DNA of 64,000 bases from an uncultured Gemmatimonadales bacterium (GCA_963730185.1 CAVSQW010000009.1:192001-256000); one strand, 5' to 3'; shown: positions 37,775-47,581, counted from the stretch's first letter. Made by a program: numbers and translations. The notes: generated by a model from the sequence alone, not told the origin.

Positions 37775-39457
37775 ATGCCGACCCCACCCGCCGACGATCC
37801 GATCGACCGGTTCCTGACCGGGTTCTACCGCTGGAATCCGGTCACCGCCACCTTCGTCGGTCGGCACGATCATGACCATCGCCTGCCGGACGCGTCCGAC
37901 GGCGCGCTCGGCGACCGCTTGGCCTGGGCCGAACACCAGCTGGCCGACCTTGCCGGCCCCCACGCGGGGCCGGTCGATCGGTGGGACCAGCTCGACCGAA
38001 CCGTGGCCACCGGCCAGCTTCGGATCGAGCGTTGGGAGCTGGGCTCGGTCCACGGGCCTCGCGGCAATCCGACTTGGTACACCGGCGAGGCGATCTTCGG
38101 GCTGCTGTCGTTGTTCCTGACCCCGTTCGCGCCGCTGGCCGAACGAGTGGCGGCCGCGGTCGAGCGGCTCGAGTCGGTCGGCCGATTCTTGACCGAGGGC
38201 CGCACCCTCGTGCGACAGGCACCCTGGGATTGGACCGCCCGGGCCATCCGGGAGTGTGGGGCGGCGCTCGCGCTGCTGGGTGACGGCATCGACTGCTTGA
38301 TCCGTGACGAGGGCATCGTGAGTCCCGCTCTTCGCCGGTCGGCCGACCGAGCCAGGATCGAGTTCGGCCGACACCGCCAAGCCCTGGAAGCCGACCTGGG
38401 CTCGCGCCGCACGACCGACTGGGCCTCCGGGGAAGACGCTTTGGCGCTCTTGCTCGCCTCGGGGCACTTTCTCGAGCCGTCGGCCGACGCCATCGTCGCT
38501 TACGCGGAGGGCGAGCTGGCTTCGGCGACCAGCCAGCTGGCCGCGGGTGCCGCCGGACTCGGCGCCGCCACGCCCGGCGTGGCCCTGGAGCGGCTGACCG
38601 GCCTCCATCCATCGGTGGACCGCTACCTCGACCGGTATCGGGAGCTCTGGGACGAGGTCCGCGTCCTGGCGGAGAGGCACGATCTGGTCACCTGGCCGAG
38701 CCTCTCGATCCGATTCGTGCCTCGCCCCCCCTGGGTACGGGCCGCCGCCCGGGATCTCTACTTCCTGTTCTATCGGTCGCCCGCGGCGTACGGAGCGCCG
38801 CCGGAACACGAGTATTTGGTGACGCCGATCGAGCCGGCCTTCGCGGCCGAACAACGGACGGCGCTGCTCCGGGCCAACAACGACAGCATGATCAAGCTCA
38901 ACCATGTGATCCACCACGGCTCGATCGGCCATCACCTCCAGAATTGGAATGCCGCGCGGTCGCCGTCGCGGATCGGCCGGGTCGCGGCGATCGACGGGGC
39001 CTCACGAATCGCGATGCTCGCGGGCGGCACGATGGCCGAAGGGTGGGCCTGCTACGCCACCGACCTGATGGACGAGGTGGGATTCCTGAGCCCCCTCGAG
39101 CGCTTGGCCGAGCGGCAGACGCGGCGCCGGATGTGCGCTCGGGCGGTGGTCGACGTCCGCCTCCACCAGGGCCGGTTTACGCTCGAAGATGCAGCCCGCT
39201 TCTACCAGCGAAACGCGGGAATGCCTCCGGAGGCGGCCCGGAGCGAGGCGATCAAGAACAGCCTCTTTCCCGGAACCGGGCTGATGTACCTGATGGGTAC
39301 CGACGCGATCCACCGCCTCCGGCGCGACCTGTCCGGCCGGCAGGGTCCTGCGCTCGGCCCCAAGGCCTTTCACGACCGGCTCCTGCGCTACGGCTCACTT
39401 CCGGTGGCGCTCGTCGCCGGGGAACTCTTGGGCGACACCGGTGAACCCGAGTCCTGA
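37775..39457 (+). CDS. DUF885-family protein (variant metal motif)
   Basis: NPVTATFVGRHDHDHRLPD start, HHGSIGHHLQ, AEGWACY, ARAVVDVRLH, YLMG, FHDRLLRYGSLP. Confidence 0.85.
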   Translation: MPTPPADDPIDRFLTGFYRWNPVTATFVGRHDHDHRLPDASDGALGDRLAWAEHQLADLAGPHAGPVDRWDQLDRTVATGQLRIERWELGSVHGPRGNPTWYTGEAIFGLLSLFLTPFAPLAERVAAAVERLESVGRFLTEGRTLVRQAPWDWTARAIRECGAALALLGDGIDCLIRDEGIVSPALRRSADRARIEFGRHRQALEADLGSRRTTDWASGEDALALLLASGHFLEPSADAIVAYAEGELASATSQLAAGAAGLGAATPGVALERLTGLHPSVDRYLDRYRELWDEVRVLAERHDLVTWPSLSIRFVPRPPWVRAAARDLYFLFYRSPAAYGAPPEHEYLVTPIEPAFAAEQRTALLRANNDSMIKLNHVIHHGSIGHHLQNWNAARSPSRIGRVAAIDGASRIAMLAGGTMAEGWACYATDLMDEVGFLSPLERLAERQTRRRMCARAVVDVRLHQGRFTLEDAARFYQRNAGMPPEAARSEAIKNSLFPGTGLMYLMGTDAIHRLRRDLSGRQGPALGPKAFHDRLLRYGSLPVALVAGELLGDTGEPES

Positions 39458-40634
39458 CACGATGGCCCTCGGCGGCCGGCTCGCGGTGGCGCTCCTGGGC
39501 GTCGACGCGCTCTCTCGGGCCGAGAGTGGCGACGACGACGGGCTCGTCGTGCTCAACCTGGCTGCCCCGGGTGAGGTCCCCGCCGTGACCTTCGGGTCGT
39601 ACGCCGATGCCGCGGACGAGCTCCGGCAGCTGGCCACGGCGGCGTCGAGGCTCCCCGAGCTCGACCGACGCCGATACTATGAGCAGGTGTGCCGTTCCAC
39701 GCTCGCGTTCCTCGAGTGGCGGGAGCACGGCCTCCCCTTCGCTCTCCAGCTTCAGGAGTTCCTCGGCGTGGCAGCCGAGCCGGCCAGCGAATCGGCGGTC
39801 GATTTGCTCCGGGGCCGGCTTCGGTCCCTGCTCTCCGGGATGGGCTACGCCGGCGCGCTGGACGCCCAGTGCGCCGCGTGGGAGGCCCGGCACCGGGTTC
39901 CGGCCGACCAGGTCCCCGGTGTCTTGAGCGAGCTCCTGAGGGAGGCGTGGGGGCGGACCAACCGGATCCTCCCGATTCCCGCCGCGCCGTCCGATGGCAT
40001 GGGCGTGGCCGCCGTTTCCGGCGTCGCGTTCAACGCTCGCTGTAGCTATCTCGACCGGCGCATCGAGCTCAACACCGACCCCGTTCTCACCCGGCCCGGC
40101 CTCAAGCACCTGGCGGCGCACGAGGGATATCCCGGCCACTACGTTCAGTTCAAGCTTCGGGAGACGGCGTTTCGCGCCGGTCGGGCGCCGGCCGACGTGC
40201 TGCTCTCGGTCGTGAACACCGCCAGCTCGTCGGTCTTCGAAGGCATTGCCGATTACGGACTGTCCTTGGTCGGCTGGGTCGAGGACGACGACGACCGGGT
40301 TCAGGCGCTTCTCACCCGGTATCGGGCCGGGATCGGGACCGGGGCCGCTTGGCGCCTCCATGCCCTGGGGTGGTCGGCCGGTCGGGTCCTGGACTGGCTG
40401 GCGGAGGTCAGTTTGACCGGCGGCGCGGGCTGGGTCGCCAATCGGATGGCGTTCATCGCGGCGCCGGCGAGGGCGGTTCTGATCTGGTCGTACTGGTGGG
40501 GCGAGCCCGTGGTCGCCAGCGGGTGGACCGGCCTGCCTCAGGTCCGGCGGGGCGAGTTCCTTCGGTTTCTGTACGAACGGATGCACTCCAACGAGACGGT
40601 CGGCATGTTGCCGCCGGCCACCGGAGCGGCGTGA
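39441..40634 (+). CDS. DUF885-related zinc metallohydrolase-like protein
   Basis: HLAAHEGYPGHYVQ and FEGIAD motifs; overlaps the upstream gene by 17 nt. Confidence 0.7.
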   Translation: MNPSPDTMALGGRLAVALLGVDALSRAESGDDDGLVVLNLAAPGEVPAVTFGSYADAADELRQLATAASRLPELDRRRYYEQVCRSTLAFLEWREHGLPFALQLQEFLGVAAEPASESAVDLLRGRLRSLLSGMGYAGALDAQCAAWEARHRVPADQVPGVLSELLREAWGRTNRILPIPAAPSDGMGVAAVSGVAFNARCSYLDRRIELNTDPVLTRPGLKHLAAHEGYPGHYVQFKLRETAFRAGRAPADVLLSVVNTASSSVFEGIADYGLSLVGWVEDDDDRVQALLTRYRAGIGTGAAWRLHALGWSAGRVLDWLAEVSLTGGAGWVANRMAFIAAPARAVLIWSYWWGEPVVASGWTGLPQVRRGEFLRFLYERMHSNETVGMLPPATGAA

Positions 40635-42259
40635 GGGGTTCTGCCGCTTCCTTCCCGGGCACCCGCCGGCGGGTGGGGCGCCGGGCCCTCCTTGCCAGCC
40701 TGGTGCTCGCCGGCTGCGTCGGCCGGGTCGCCCGGCACGACAACATCCTTCGGGTGGCCTACGACCGCGAGATCGACGTCCTGAATCCGTTCACCAGCCA
40801 GAACCTGGTGGACATCAGCTTCAGCATGATCGAGGGTCTGGTCACGACCGACGACCACAACCAGTTCGTGCCCGTGCTGGCGACCACCATTCCCACGGTG
40901 GACAATGGCCTGGTGGTGGTCCATCGCGACGGGAGCATGGACGTGACCTGGCCGCTTCGTCAGCACGTCAGCTGGCACGACGGCGCCCCGTTCACCGCCC
41001 GGGACGTGTGCTTCACTTGGAGGTTCATCACCAGTCCCGGATCGGAGACGTACAACCGCGAGCAGTATCTCGGCATCGAGCGGTGCTCGACCCCCGACGA
41101 CCATACGGTCGTCTTCCATTGGAGCGGGACGTACGCCTATTACGCCGGGCTGTTCGAGGCCATCCTACCGGAGCACGTGCTCGGGCGACTGACCACCGAG
41201 CAGATCGTCAACTACGAGCCGTACAACCGCGGGCCCGAGACCGTCGGTACCGGCCCCTTCCGGTTCGCCGAATGGAAGGCGGGCGAATACATCAGGGTCG
41301 TGCGAAACGAGCACTACTGGCGAGGTCATGACCTCCCAGCCATCGATCAAGTCGTCTGGGCGTTCATCCCGGATGCCAACACCCGTCTCAACGCCCTTCG
41401 GTCGGGCCAGTACGACTACGGTCAGATCCTCCCGACCCAGGTCGGCCAGATTCGCCAGTTGTCCGGGTATCACGTGCGGTTGACGAGCTCGAACTCGGTC
41501 ATGCACCTGGACCTGAGCATCCGGACGCCGCGTGGTCGCGCGGTCTTCGACGACCTCCGGGTGCGTCAGGCGATTTTCCGCGCGATCGACCGACCCGCCA
41601 TCGCCGACAAGCTGATGGAAGGCACGGTGCATCTGGCCGATTCGCCGATCAACCCTACCAGCCTCTTTCACGACGATCGGGTGCCGGCCGTCGCCTTCGA
41701 TCCCGATCGAGCCCGCCACCTGCTCGACGAGGCGGGCTGGATACCGGGACCGGACGGGGTGCGGGTCCGGCAGGGTGAGCGCCTCACCTTCACGATCCTG
41801 AACCGGGCGGGAGCGGCCGATCGGATCGCCGTGGCCCAAGTTATCCAGGCCGAGCTCAAGGCGATCGGTGTGGCGGTCCGTCTCGAGACCCTGGAAAGCG
41901 CAGCCTGGACCGAGCGGTGGCGGAGTGGCCGGTGGGAGGCGGTCGTGAGCGCCTGGTTCCTGCCGGCCGACCCGAGCCTGACCGGCCTCTACGCCTGCGA
42001 CGGCGCCAACAACATGACCGGCTTCTGCGATCCCGAGCTCGATCGGTGGCTGAAGGCTTCGGATCGCACGCTGTCGACCGCGGATCGGAAGCGGGCGCTC
42101 GATCGGGCCCAGGAACGGCTGGCCGAAACCGCGCGGACCCTTCCCCTCTACTACAACGTGGTCCCGGAGGTGGTGAGCGATCGGGTGGTGAACTTCCGGG
42201 GGAGCGGTACCAACTTCGGGAGCTTCTGGAACCTCTACCAGTGGACGCTCGCGCCCTAG
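40631..42259 (+). CDS. Peptide/nickel ABC transporter substrate-binding lipoprotein (family 5)
   Basis: Lipobox VLAGC; LRQHVSWHDGAPFTARDV, VGTGPF, RVRQAIFRAIDR, LLDEAGW. Confidence 0.93.
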   Translation: MRGSAASFPGTRRRVGRRALLASLVLAGCVGRVARHDNILRVAYDREIDVLNPFTSQNLVDISFSMIEGLVTTDDHNQFVPVLATTIPTVDNGLVVVHRDGSMDVTWPLRQHVSWHDGAPFTARDVCFTWRFITSPGSETYNREQYLGIERCSTPDDHTVVFHWSGTYAYYAGLFEAILPEHVLGRLTTEQIVNYEPYNRGPETVGTGPFRFAEWKAGEYIRVVRNEHYWRGHDLPAIDQVVWAFIPDANTRLNALRSGQYDYGQILPTQVGQIRQLSGYHVRLTSSNSVMHLDLSIRTPRGRAVFDDLRVRQAIFRAIDRPAIADKLMEGTVHLADSPINPTSLFHDDRVPAVAFDPDRARHLLDEAGWIPGPDGVRVRQGERLTFTILNRAGAADRIAVAQVIQAELKAIGVAVRLETLESAAWTERWRSGRWEAVVSAWFLPADPSLTGLYACDGANNMTGFCDPELDRWLKASDRTLSTADRKRALDRAQERLAETARTLPLYYNVVPEVVSDRVVNFRGSGTNFGSFWNLYQWTLAP

Positions 42260-42263
42260 TTCG

Positions 42264-43217
42264 ATGGCCGCCTACCTCCGCCGCCGCCTGCTCCAGCTGG
42301 TGCCGCTCCTCTTCGGCATCTCGATCGTGGTGTTCGCCGTGATCCAGGCCGCGCCGGGCGGTCCCGAAGGCAGCCTGGTCGCGAGCGGCCGGTTCATCGA
42401 TCCGGCCGTGATCGAGGCGTATCGTCACCGGTTGGGGGTCGATCTGCCGGTGCCCGTCCAGTACGCACGCTGGCTGAGCGCCGCGGTCCAGGGCGACCTC
42501 GGCATCAGCTTCTCCACCACCCGACCGGTGGTCGCCATGATCGGCGAGCGGTTGCCGGCCACCCTCGAGCTGATGGCGGCGGCCTTCATCGTGGCGGCGA
42601 TCGTGGCCTTCGGGCTCGGCCTCTACAGCGCGCTTCGGCCGTACAGCGTGGTCGACTTTCTCACGACCGGCGCGTCCTTCCTCGGGATCGCCATGCCGGT
42701 GTTCTGGCTCGGCCTCGTCTTGCAGTTGGTGTTCGCGGTGCGCCTGGCCTGGCTTCCGGTGGCGGGAACCCACACGGTCGGCGCGGCCTCGCTGGGCGAT
42801 CATCTCCTCCACCTCTTCCTGCCGGCCCTGGTGCTCTCCACCCGCTACATCGCGGCGTGGTCCCGGTATCTCCGATCCAGCCTGCTCGGGACCAGTCGCG
42901 CGGACTATGTTACGACCGCTCGGGCCAAGGGCCTCGCGGAGCGGCGGGTGATCGGGGTGCACGCGGTCCGGAACGCCGTGGTGCCGGTGATCTCGGTGAT
43001 GGCGCTCAACGTGGCGGACCTCTTTTCCGGGGCGGTCATCACCGAGACGATCTTCGCCTGGCCCGGGATCGGCCGGCTGTTCGTCCAGGCGATGTTCGCC
43101 CGGGACTATCCCTTGCTCATGGGCATTCTGCTGCTCGGGTCGCTGGCCGTGATCGGGTTCAATCTCCTGGCCGATCTGCTTTACGGGGTGCTGGACCCCC
43201 GGATCCGGTATGGCTGA
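42264..43217 (+). CDS. DppB/OppB-like ABC permease
   Basis: GDLGISF, RLPATLEL, DYVTTARAKGL, HAVRNA, ETIFAWPGIG, LDPRIR. Confidence 0.95.
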   Translation: MAAYLRRRLLQLVPLLFGISIVVFAVIQAAPGGPEGSLVASGRFIDPAVIEAYRHRLGVDLPVPVQYARWLSAAVQGDLGISFSTTRPVVAMIGERLPATLELMAAAFIVAAIVAFGLGLYSALRPYSVVDFLTTGASFLGIAMPVFWLGLVLQLVFAVRLAWLPVAGTHTVGAASLGDHLLHLFLPALVLSTRYIAAWSRYLRSSLLGTSRADYVTTARAKGLAERRVIGVHAVRNAVVPVISVMALNVADLFSGAVITETIFAWPGIGRLFVQAMFARDYPLLMGILLLGSLAVIGFNLLADLLYGVLDPRIRYG

Positions 43218-44115
43218 GCGGCTGAGCGGGTTCGGGGCCCGGTTGGCGCGCCATCGGCTGGCCACGGTGTCGCTGGCCGTGGTGGCGGTGATCGCGGCGG
43301 TGTGTTTCGCCGCCCCGCTCCTCGCCCCATATCCACTGGACGCCATCGACCTGGACGCCCTACGGCTGGCTCCGGGGCCGGGTCACTGGATGGGCACCGA
43401 CGACCTGGGCCGCGACGTCCTTGCCCGAGTCCTCTACGGCGGCCGGGTCTCGATCCTGATCGGGCTCCTCGCCGCCTTGACGGGCACCCTCGTCGGTACG
43501 GCGGTCGGCGCGGCGGCCGGCCTCTACGGCCGGCGGCTCGACAACCTGCTGATGCGGATGACCGACGTCGCCTACGCCATTCCCACCCTACCGCTCCTCA
43601 TCGTCCTCAGCGCCTACTCGAGGGCCGCGATCGGGTCGATGGTCTTGATCATCGGCGGGTTGAGCTGGATGGCGACGGCCCGGGTCGTCCGGGCCGAGGT
43701 GCTCTCGCTCCGGGAGCGCGCCTTCGTGGAAGCCGCCCGGGGGCTCGGTGCCACCAACCTCCGTCTGTTGCTCTGCCATCTGGTACCCAACACCATCGGC
43801 CCTCTCGTGGTCGGGGCGACGCTCGGCGTCGGCAACGCGATCATGATCGAGTCGTCGCTCAGCTTCCTGGGATTGGGGGTTCAGCCGCCGACTCCGACCT
43901 GGGGCAACATGCTGATGGATGCCCAAGCCACCATGGCGTCCAAACCATGGCTCACGATCTTTCCCGGCCTGGCCATCCTGCTGGTGGTCCTGGCCGTCAA
44001 CTTCATCGGCGACGGGCTCAACGACGCGCTCGATCCGAGACTCCGGCCCGGCCACGCGCGAGGAGTCGGCGCCGGGCGGACGCCGGATCCGCTTCCCACC
44101 CTCGAGGCTCCATGA
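43210..44115 (+). CDS. DppC/OppC-like ABC permease
   Basis: HWMGTDDLGRD, FVEAARGLGA, ESSLSFLGLG, PTWGNML, GDGLNDALDPR. Confidence 0.95.
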   Translation: MAERLSGFGARLARHRLATVSLAVVAVIAAVCFAAPLLAPYPLDAIDLDALRLAPGPGHWMGTDDLGRDVLARVLYGGRVSILIGLLAALTGTLVGTAVGAAAGLYGRRLDNLLMRMTDVAYAIPTLPLLIVLSAYSRAAIGSMVLIIGGLSWMATARVVRAEVLSLRERAFVEAARGLGATNLRLLLCHLVPNTIGPLVVGATLGVGNAIMIESSLSFLGLGVQPPTPTWGNMLMDAQATMASKPWLTIFPGLAILLVVLAVNFIGDGLNDALDPRLRPGHARGVGAGRTPDPLPTLEAP

Positions 44116-45299
44116 CCCCACCCCTTCGGGTCGGCGTGATCGGCGCTGGCCGCTGGTCCCGGACCGCGCACCTTCCCGGCTTTCGTCGCTCGCCGCTGGC
44201 GGAGCTGGTCGTCGTCTGCGACCGCGACCGTGATCTCGCCGAGCAGCGGGCGGCCGAGTTCGACGTGCCCGAGGTAGCGACCGACGCGCTCGAGGTCGTG
44301 GCCCGCCGGGACCTCGACGTGATCGACATCGTGACCCGGGGCGACCATCAGGAGCTGGTGTTCGCGACCCTGGACGCCGGCAAGCACTGTCTGGTCGAAA
44401 AGCCCGTCTGCCACGACTTCCGCGAGGTGTGGCGGGCGCACAGCCTGGCCGAGTCTCGGGGACTCAAGACCAAGGTCGGGCTCACCTTTCGCTATGCCCC
44501 CGCCATGAGGTATGCCTTCGACCTGATCCGAGAAGGCTTCGTGGGCGATCCATTCGTGTTCAACGGCTATGAGCAGAACTCGCAGTGGCTCGATCCCGAC
44601 AACCCGATGGACAAGCGGATTCACAAGGTACGTCCCGAGGCCGAGCCGCCTTGGGGGACCGACCTCTCTCGGGAGGGGATCACCGTCTCGGCGCTCGAAG
44701 GGTACGGCGCGCCGACCATCGACATCGGCCTGGAGATGGTGGGGAGCGATCTGACCCAGGTGGTCGGGCTCCTGGCCAACTTGGTGAAGTCACGGCGGCG
44801 GACCAACCTCGACACCGAGCGTGCGCGGATCAACATCGACGACGCCGATATGTTCATGGCGGAGGCCGCCAACGGCGCCATCTTCTCGATGCAGTCGAGC
44901 TATGTCACGATCGGCAATTATCCCGGGATCGAAACCAGGATCTTCGGTTCGCGGGGCGCGATCAAGGTGCGGCTGGTCGAGGAGTTCGGCGTCATCCAGA
45001 CCATTGATACCGCCACCGCCGATGCGGTGGAGTTCGTCCGCCGCGAGATCCCGGCCCGCTACTTTCCACCAGGGTATACCCCCGACGACAGCTGGGGTGC
45101 CGCCTTCTACGGCAATCTGGTCCACAACTTCTGCGAGGAGATCGTCGCGGGCGGGCCGGCGAACGAAGGGAACTTTGCCCAGAGCGCCCGGGTGCAAGAG
45201 GTGATCAACGCGGTCGCGTTGTCCCATCGCGAGCGACGCTGGGTGGACCTGCCGCTCGGTCCGGAGCTCGGTGCGAGCCTCCAGACCAGTCCCTTCTGA
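44112..45299 (+). CDS. Gfo/Idh/MocA-family oxidoreductase (atypical)
   Basis: VGVIGAG, KHCLVEKP, FRYAP; ATGA overlap. Confidence 0.9.
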   Translation: MTPPLRVGVIGAGRWSRTAHLPGFRRSPLAELVVVCDRDRDLAEQRAAEFDVPEVATDALEVVARRDLDVIDIVTRGDHQELVFATLDAGKHCLVEKPVCHDFREVWRAHSLAESRGLKTKVGLTFRYAPAMRYAFDLIREGFVGDPFVFNGYEQNSQWLDPDNPMDKRIHKVRPEAEPPWGTDLSREGITVSALEGYGAPTIDIGLEMVGSDLTQVVGLLANLVKSRRRTNLDTERARINIDDADMFMAEAANGAIFSMQSSYVTIGNYPGIETRIFGSRGAIKVRLVEEFGVIQTIDTATADAVEFVRREIPARYFPPGYTPDDSWGAAFYGNLVHNFCEEIVAGGPANEGNFAQSARVQEVINAVALSHRERRWVDLPLGPELGASLQTSPF

Positions 45300-45333
45300 C
45301 CGCGTCGCCCGGCGGCGCAGGAGTCGACTCATC

Positions 45334-46329
45334 GTGTCGGAACGCAAGCTTCGCTGGGGTGTGATCAGCACCGCCAACATCGGCCGGGCCGCGGTGAACC
45401 CGGCCATCCAGGCCTCCCGGAACGGCGCGCTGGTCGCGGTGGCGAGTCGCGACCCGGCCGTTGCCGCCGAGTTCGCGGCGTGCCACGGGATCCCGCGGCA
45501 TTTCGGGAGCTACGAGGCGCTGCTCGACGACTCCGAGATCGAGGCCGTCTATATCCCGCTGCCGAACAGCCTGCACCGGGAATGGGCAATCAAGGCGGCC
45601 GAGCGCGGCAAGCACGTGCTCTGTGAGAAGCCGCTCGCTCTCGACGCCGCCGAATGCGGGGAGATGGCGGCCGCCGCCCGCGGCGCCGGTGTCAAGCTGA
45701 TGGAAGCCTTCATGTACCGCTTCCATCCGCGGATCGGGCGGGCCTCCGGCCTGGTCCGGGACGGCGCCATCGGCGAGCTCCGAGTCGTCCGGAGCGCGTT
45801 CACCTTCCGCCTGACCCGGCCCGACAACATCCGGCTAAGCCGGGAGCTGGGCGGTGGCGCCCTGATGGACGTGGGGTGCTACTGCGTCAACGTGAGCCGG
45901 ACGGTGGTGGGTGGCGAGCCGGTGGAGGCGCAGGCGTTCGCCCGGTTTGGACCGAGCGGCGTGGACCTGGAGCTGGCCGGCACGCTCCGCTTCGAGAACG
46001 ACGTCGTGGCGCAGCTCGACTGCGCGCTCTCGATGGAGCGCCGCGAGCATTGCGAGGTGGCCGGCACCGCCGGCGCGCTCACGATCGAGTCGGCGTTCCT
46101 GCCGGGGACCGAACCGGTCGAGATCGTCGAGACCCACGGACGGAGCCCGACGGTGCGCCATCCGATCGACGGCGCGGACCAGTACCGCCTCATGGTGGAA
46201 GACTTCGCCGACGCGGTGCTCCTCGACCGGCCGGTGCGCTATCCGGCCGCCGAAGCGGCCGCCAATCTCCGAGCGATCGCGGCCCTCTATCGCTCGGCGC
46301 GGACGGGAGGCGCGGTCGTGCGGGTCTGA
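45334..46329 (+). CDS. Gfo/Idh/MocA-family oxidoreductase (D-xylose dehydrogenase-like)
   Basis: WGVISTANIG, YIPLPNSLH, HVLCEKP, EAFMYRFHP, GGGALMDVGCY; AGGAG RBS. Confidence 0.92.
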   Translation: MSERKLRWGVISTANIGRAAVNPAIQASRNGALVAVASRDPAVAAEFAACHGIPRHFGSYEALLDDSEIEAVYIPLPNSLHREWAIKAAERGKHVLCEKPLALDAAECGEMAAAARGAGVKLMEAFMYRFHPRIGRASGLVRDGAIGELRVVRSAFTFRLTRPDNIRLSRELGGGALMDVGCYCVNVSRTVVGGEPVEAQAFARFGPSGVDLELAGTLRFENDVVAQLDCALSMERREHCEVAGTAGALTIESAFLPGTEPVEIVETHGRSPTVRHPIDGADQYRLMVEDFADAVLLDRPVRYPAAEAAANLRAIAALYRSARTGGAVVRV

Positions 46330-46368
46330 GAAGCCGTCCGGCCCCTTCCCGACCGGACGGCTCGACCC

Positions 46369-47415
46369 TCAGCCGTGCTGCGAATGCCACTCGGCCAGCA
46401 GCTCGGCTTCCCGCTTCCCCGAGATGCCGGGGCGCCGCCCCTTGCCGCCGTCCCACGGCTGGCCCAGCGACTTGAACCAGTTGAGCGTGTCACGGGTGGT
46501 CACCGCCAGCGGCCGGTAGGTCAACCCCGCCTTGATGGCCCGGGCCGGGCTGATCAGGCCGTTCCCCTTGTGGTCGCCGATCGGGGGATACCAGATCGGA
46601 ATGTCCCGCCAGGGCTGGATCTTCCGCTCGAGCAGGAAGTCGGTGCTGACCCAGGTGAACCGGACCTCGCCGCCGGTCACCGCTCGCATCCCATAGAGCA
46701 TCTCCGCGATCGACAGCGTCGCGGCCGGCCCGAACGCGTTGAACGGCCCGGTGGTGCCCTCTTCGAGCATCCGAATGATCCATTCACCCATGTCGCGAGC
46801 GTCGATCACCTGCACCGGGTCGGTCGGGTCGCCGGGGGCAAGCACCTCCCCGCCCCGATCGATCCGGACCGGCCAGTAGGTGAACAGGTTGAGGTTGTCG
46901 CCCGGCCCCACGATCCAACCTGGGCGCACGATCGTGGTGTGTCCGGGAAAGGCGGCCTCCACCTCTCGCTCGCAGAGCGCCTTCAGCGGCCCGTAGTACT
47001 TGGACACGTCTTCCGACTTGGGATCGGGCAAGGTCGCCTTGGGCGCGTCCTCGTCCAGATGCTCGATGCTGAAGTCGGCGTAGACGTCGCCGGTCGAGAT
47101 GAACAGGTACTGCCGCGCGTTGCCCTTCAGCAGCTGAGCCGAATCACGCACCACCCTCGGCACGAAGCCCGACGTGTCGATGACCGCGTCCCACGTCCGG
47201 CCTTCGAGCGGTGCCAGCCCCCCGTCCCGGTCGCCCACCAGCTTCTCGACGTTCGGGAAGAGGTGCGGATGGGTCCGCCCCCGATTGAAGAGGGTGGGCA
47301 CGTGCCCGCGCGCCAGGGCCGCGTTGACCATGTGCGGCCCGATGAATCCCGTTCCACCCAGGAAGAGGATGCGAAGCGAGGCGCGGGAGCGAAGGAAGTC
47401 CCGTCGAGTAGTCAC
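46369..47415 (-). CDS. NAD-dependent epimerase/dehydratase (paralog of 7363-8451)
   Basis: LFLGGTGFIG, YGPLK, RPGWIVGP, YWPVR; vestigial RRDFL at the N-terminus. Confidence 0.88.
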   Translation of the reverse strand: MTTRRDFLRSRASLRILFLGGTGFIGPHMVNAALARGHVPTLFNRGRTHPHLFPNVEKLVGDRDGGLAPLEGRTWDAVIDTSGFVPRVVRDSAQLLKGNARQYLFISTGDVYADFSIEHLDEDAPKATLPDPKSEDVSKYYGPLKALCEREVEAAFPGHTTIVRPGWIVGPGDNLNLFTYWPVRIDRGGEVLAPGDPTDPVQVIDARDMGEWIIRMLEEGTTGPFNAFGPAATLSIAEMLYGMRAVTGGEVRFTWVSTDFLLERKIQPWRDIPIWYPPIGDHKGNGLISPARAIKAGLTYRPLAVTTRDTLNWFKSLGQPWDGGKGRRPGISGKREAELLAEWHSQHG

Positions 47416-47581
47416 GTGGGCGTGATCCGGATCAGAGGTGGGCCGGCGTCTATCGGAGCCAGGAAGTTGCTGCCCCCGCGGCGCCACGGCAACCGGTCCG
47501 TGAACGAAGTCTCACGGGGAATTCCTCCGTCCGTCACGGATCGGGCGATACGGTGGGTCAAAAGCGGGAGGAGGCTCCCCC

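Noticed and set aside
47498..47517. CCGTGA-N8-TCACGG palindrome upstream of the hemG-like gene as a CRP/Rex site
   Set aside because: The spacer is 8 nt rather than 6 and the flanking T/A bases are missing
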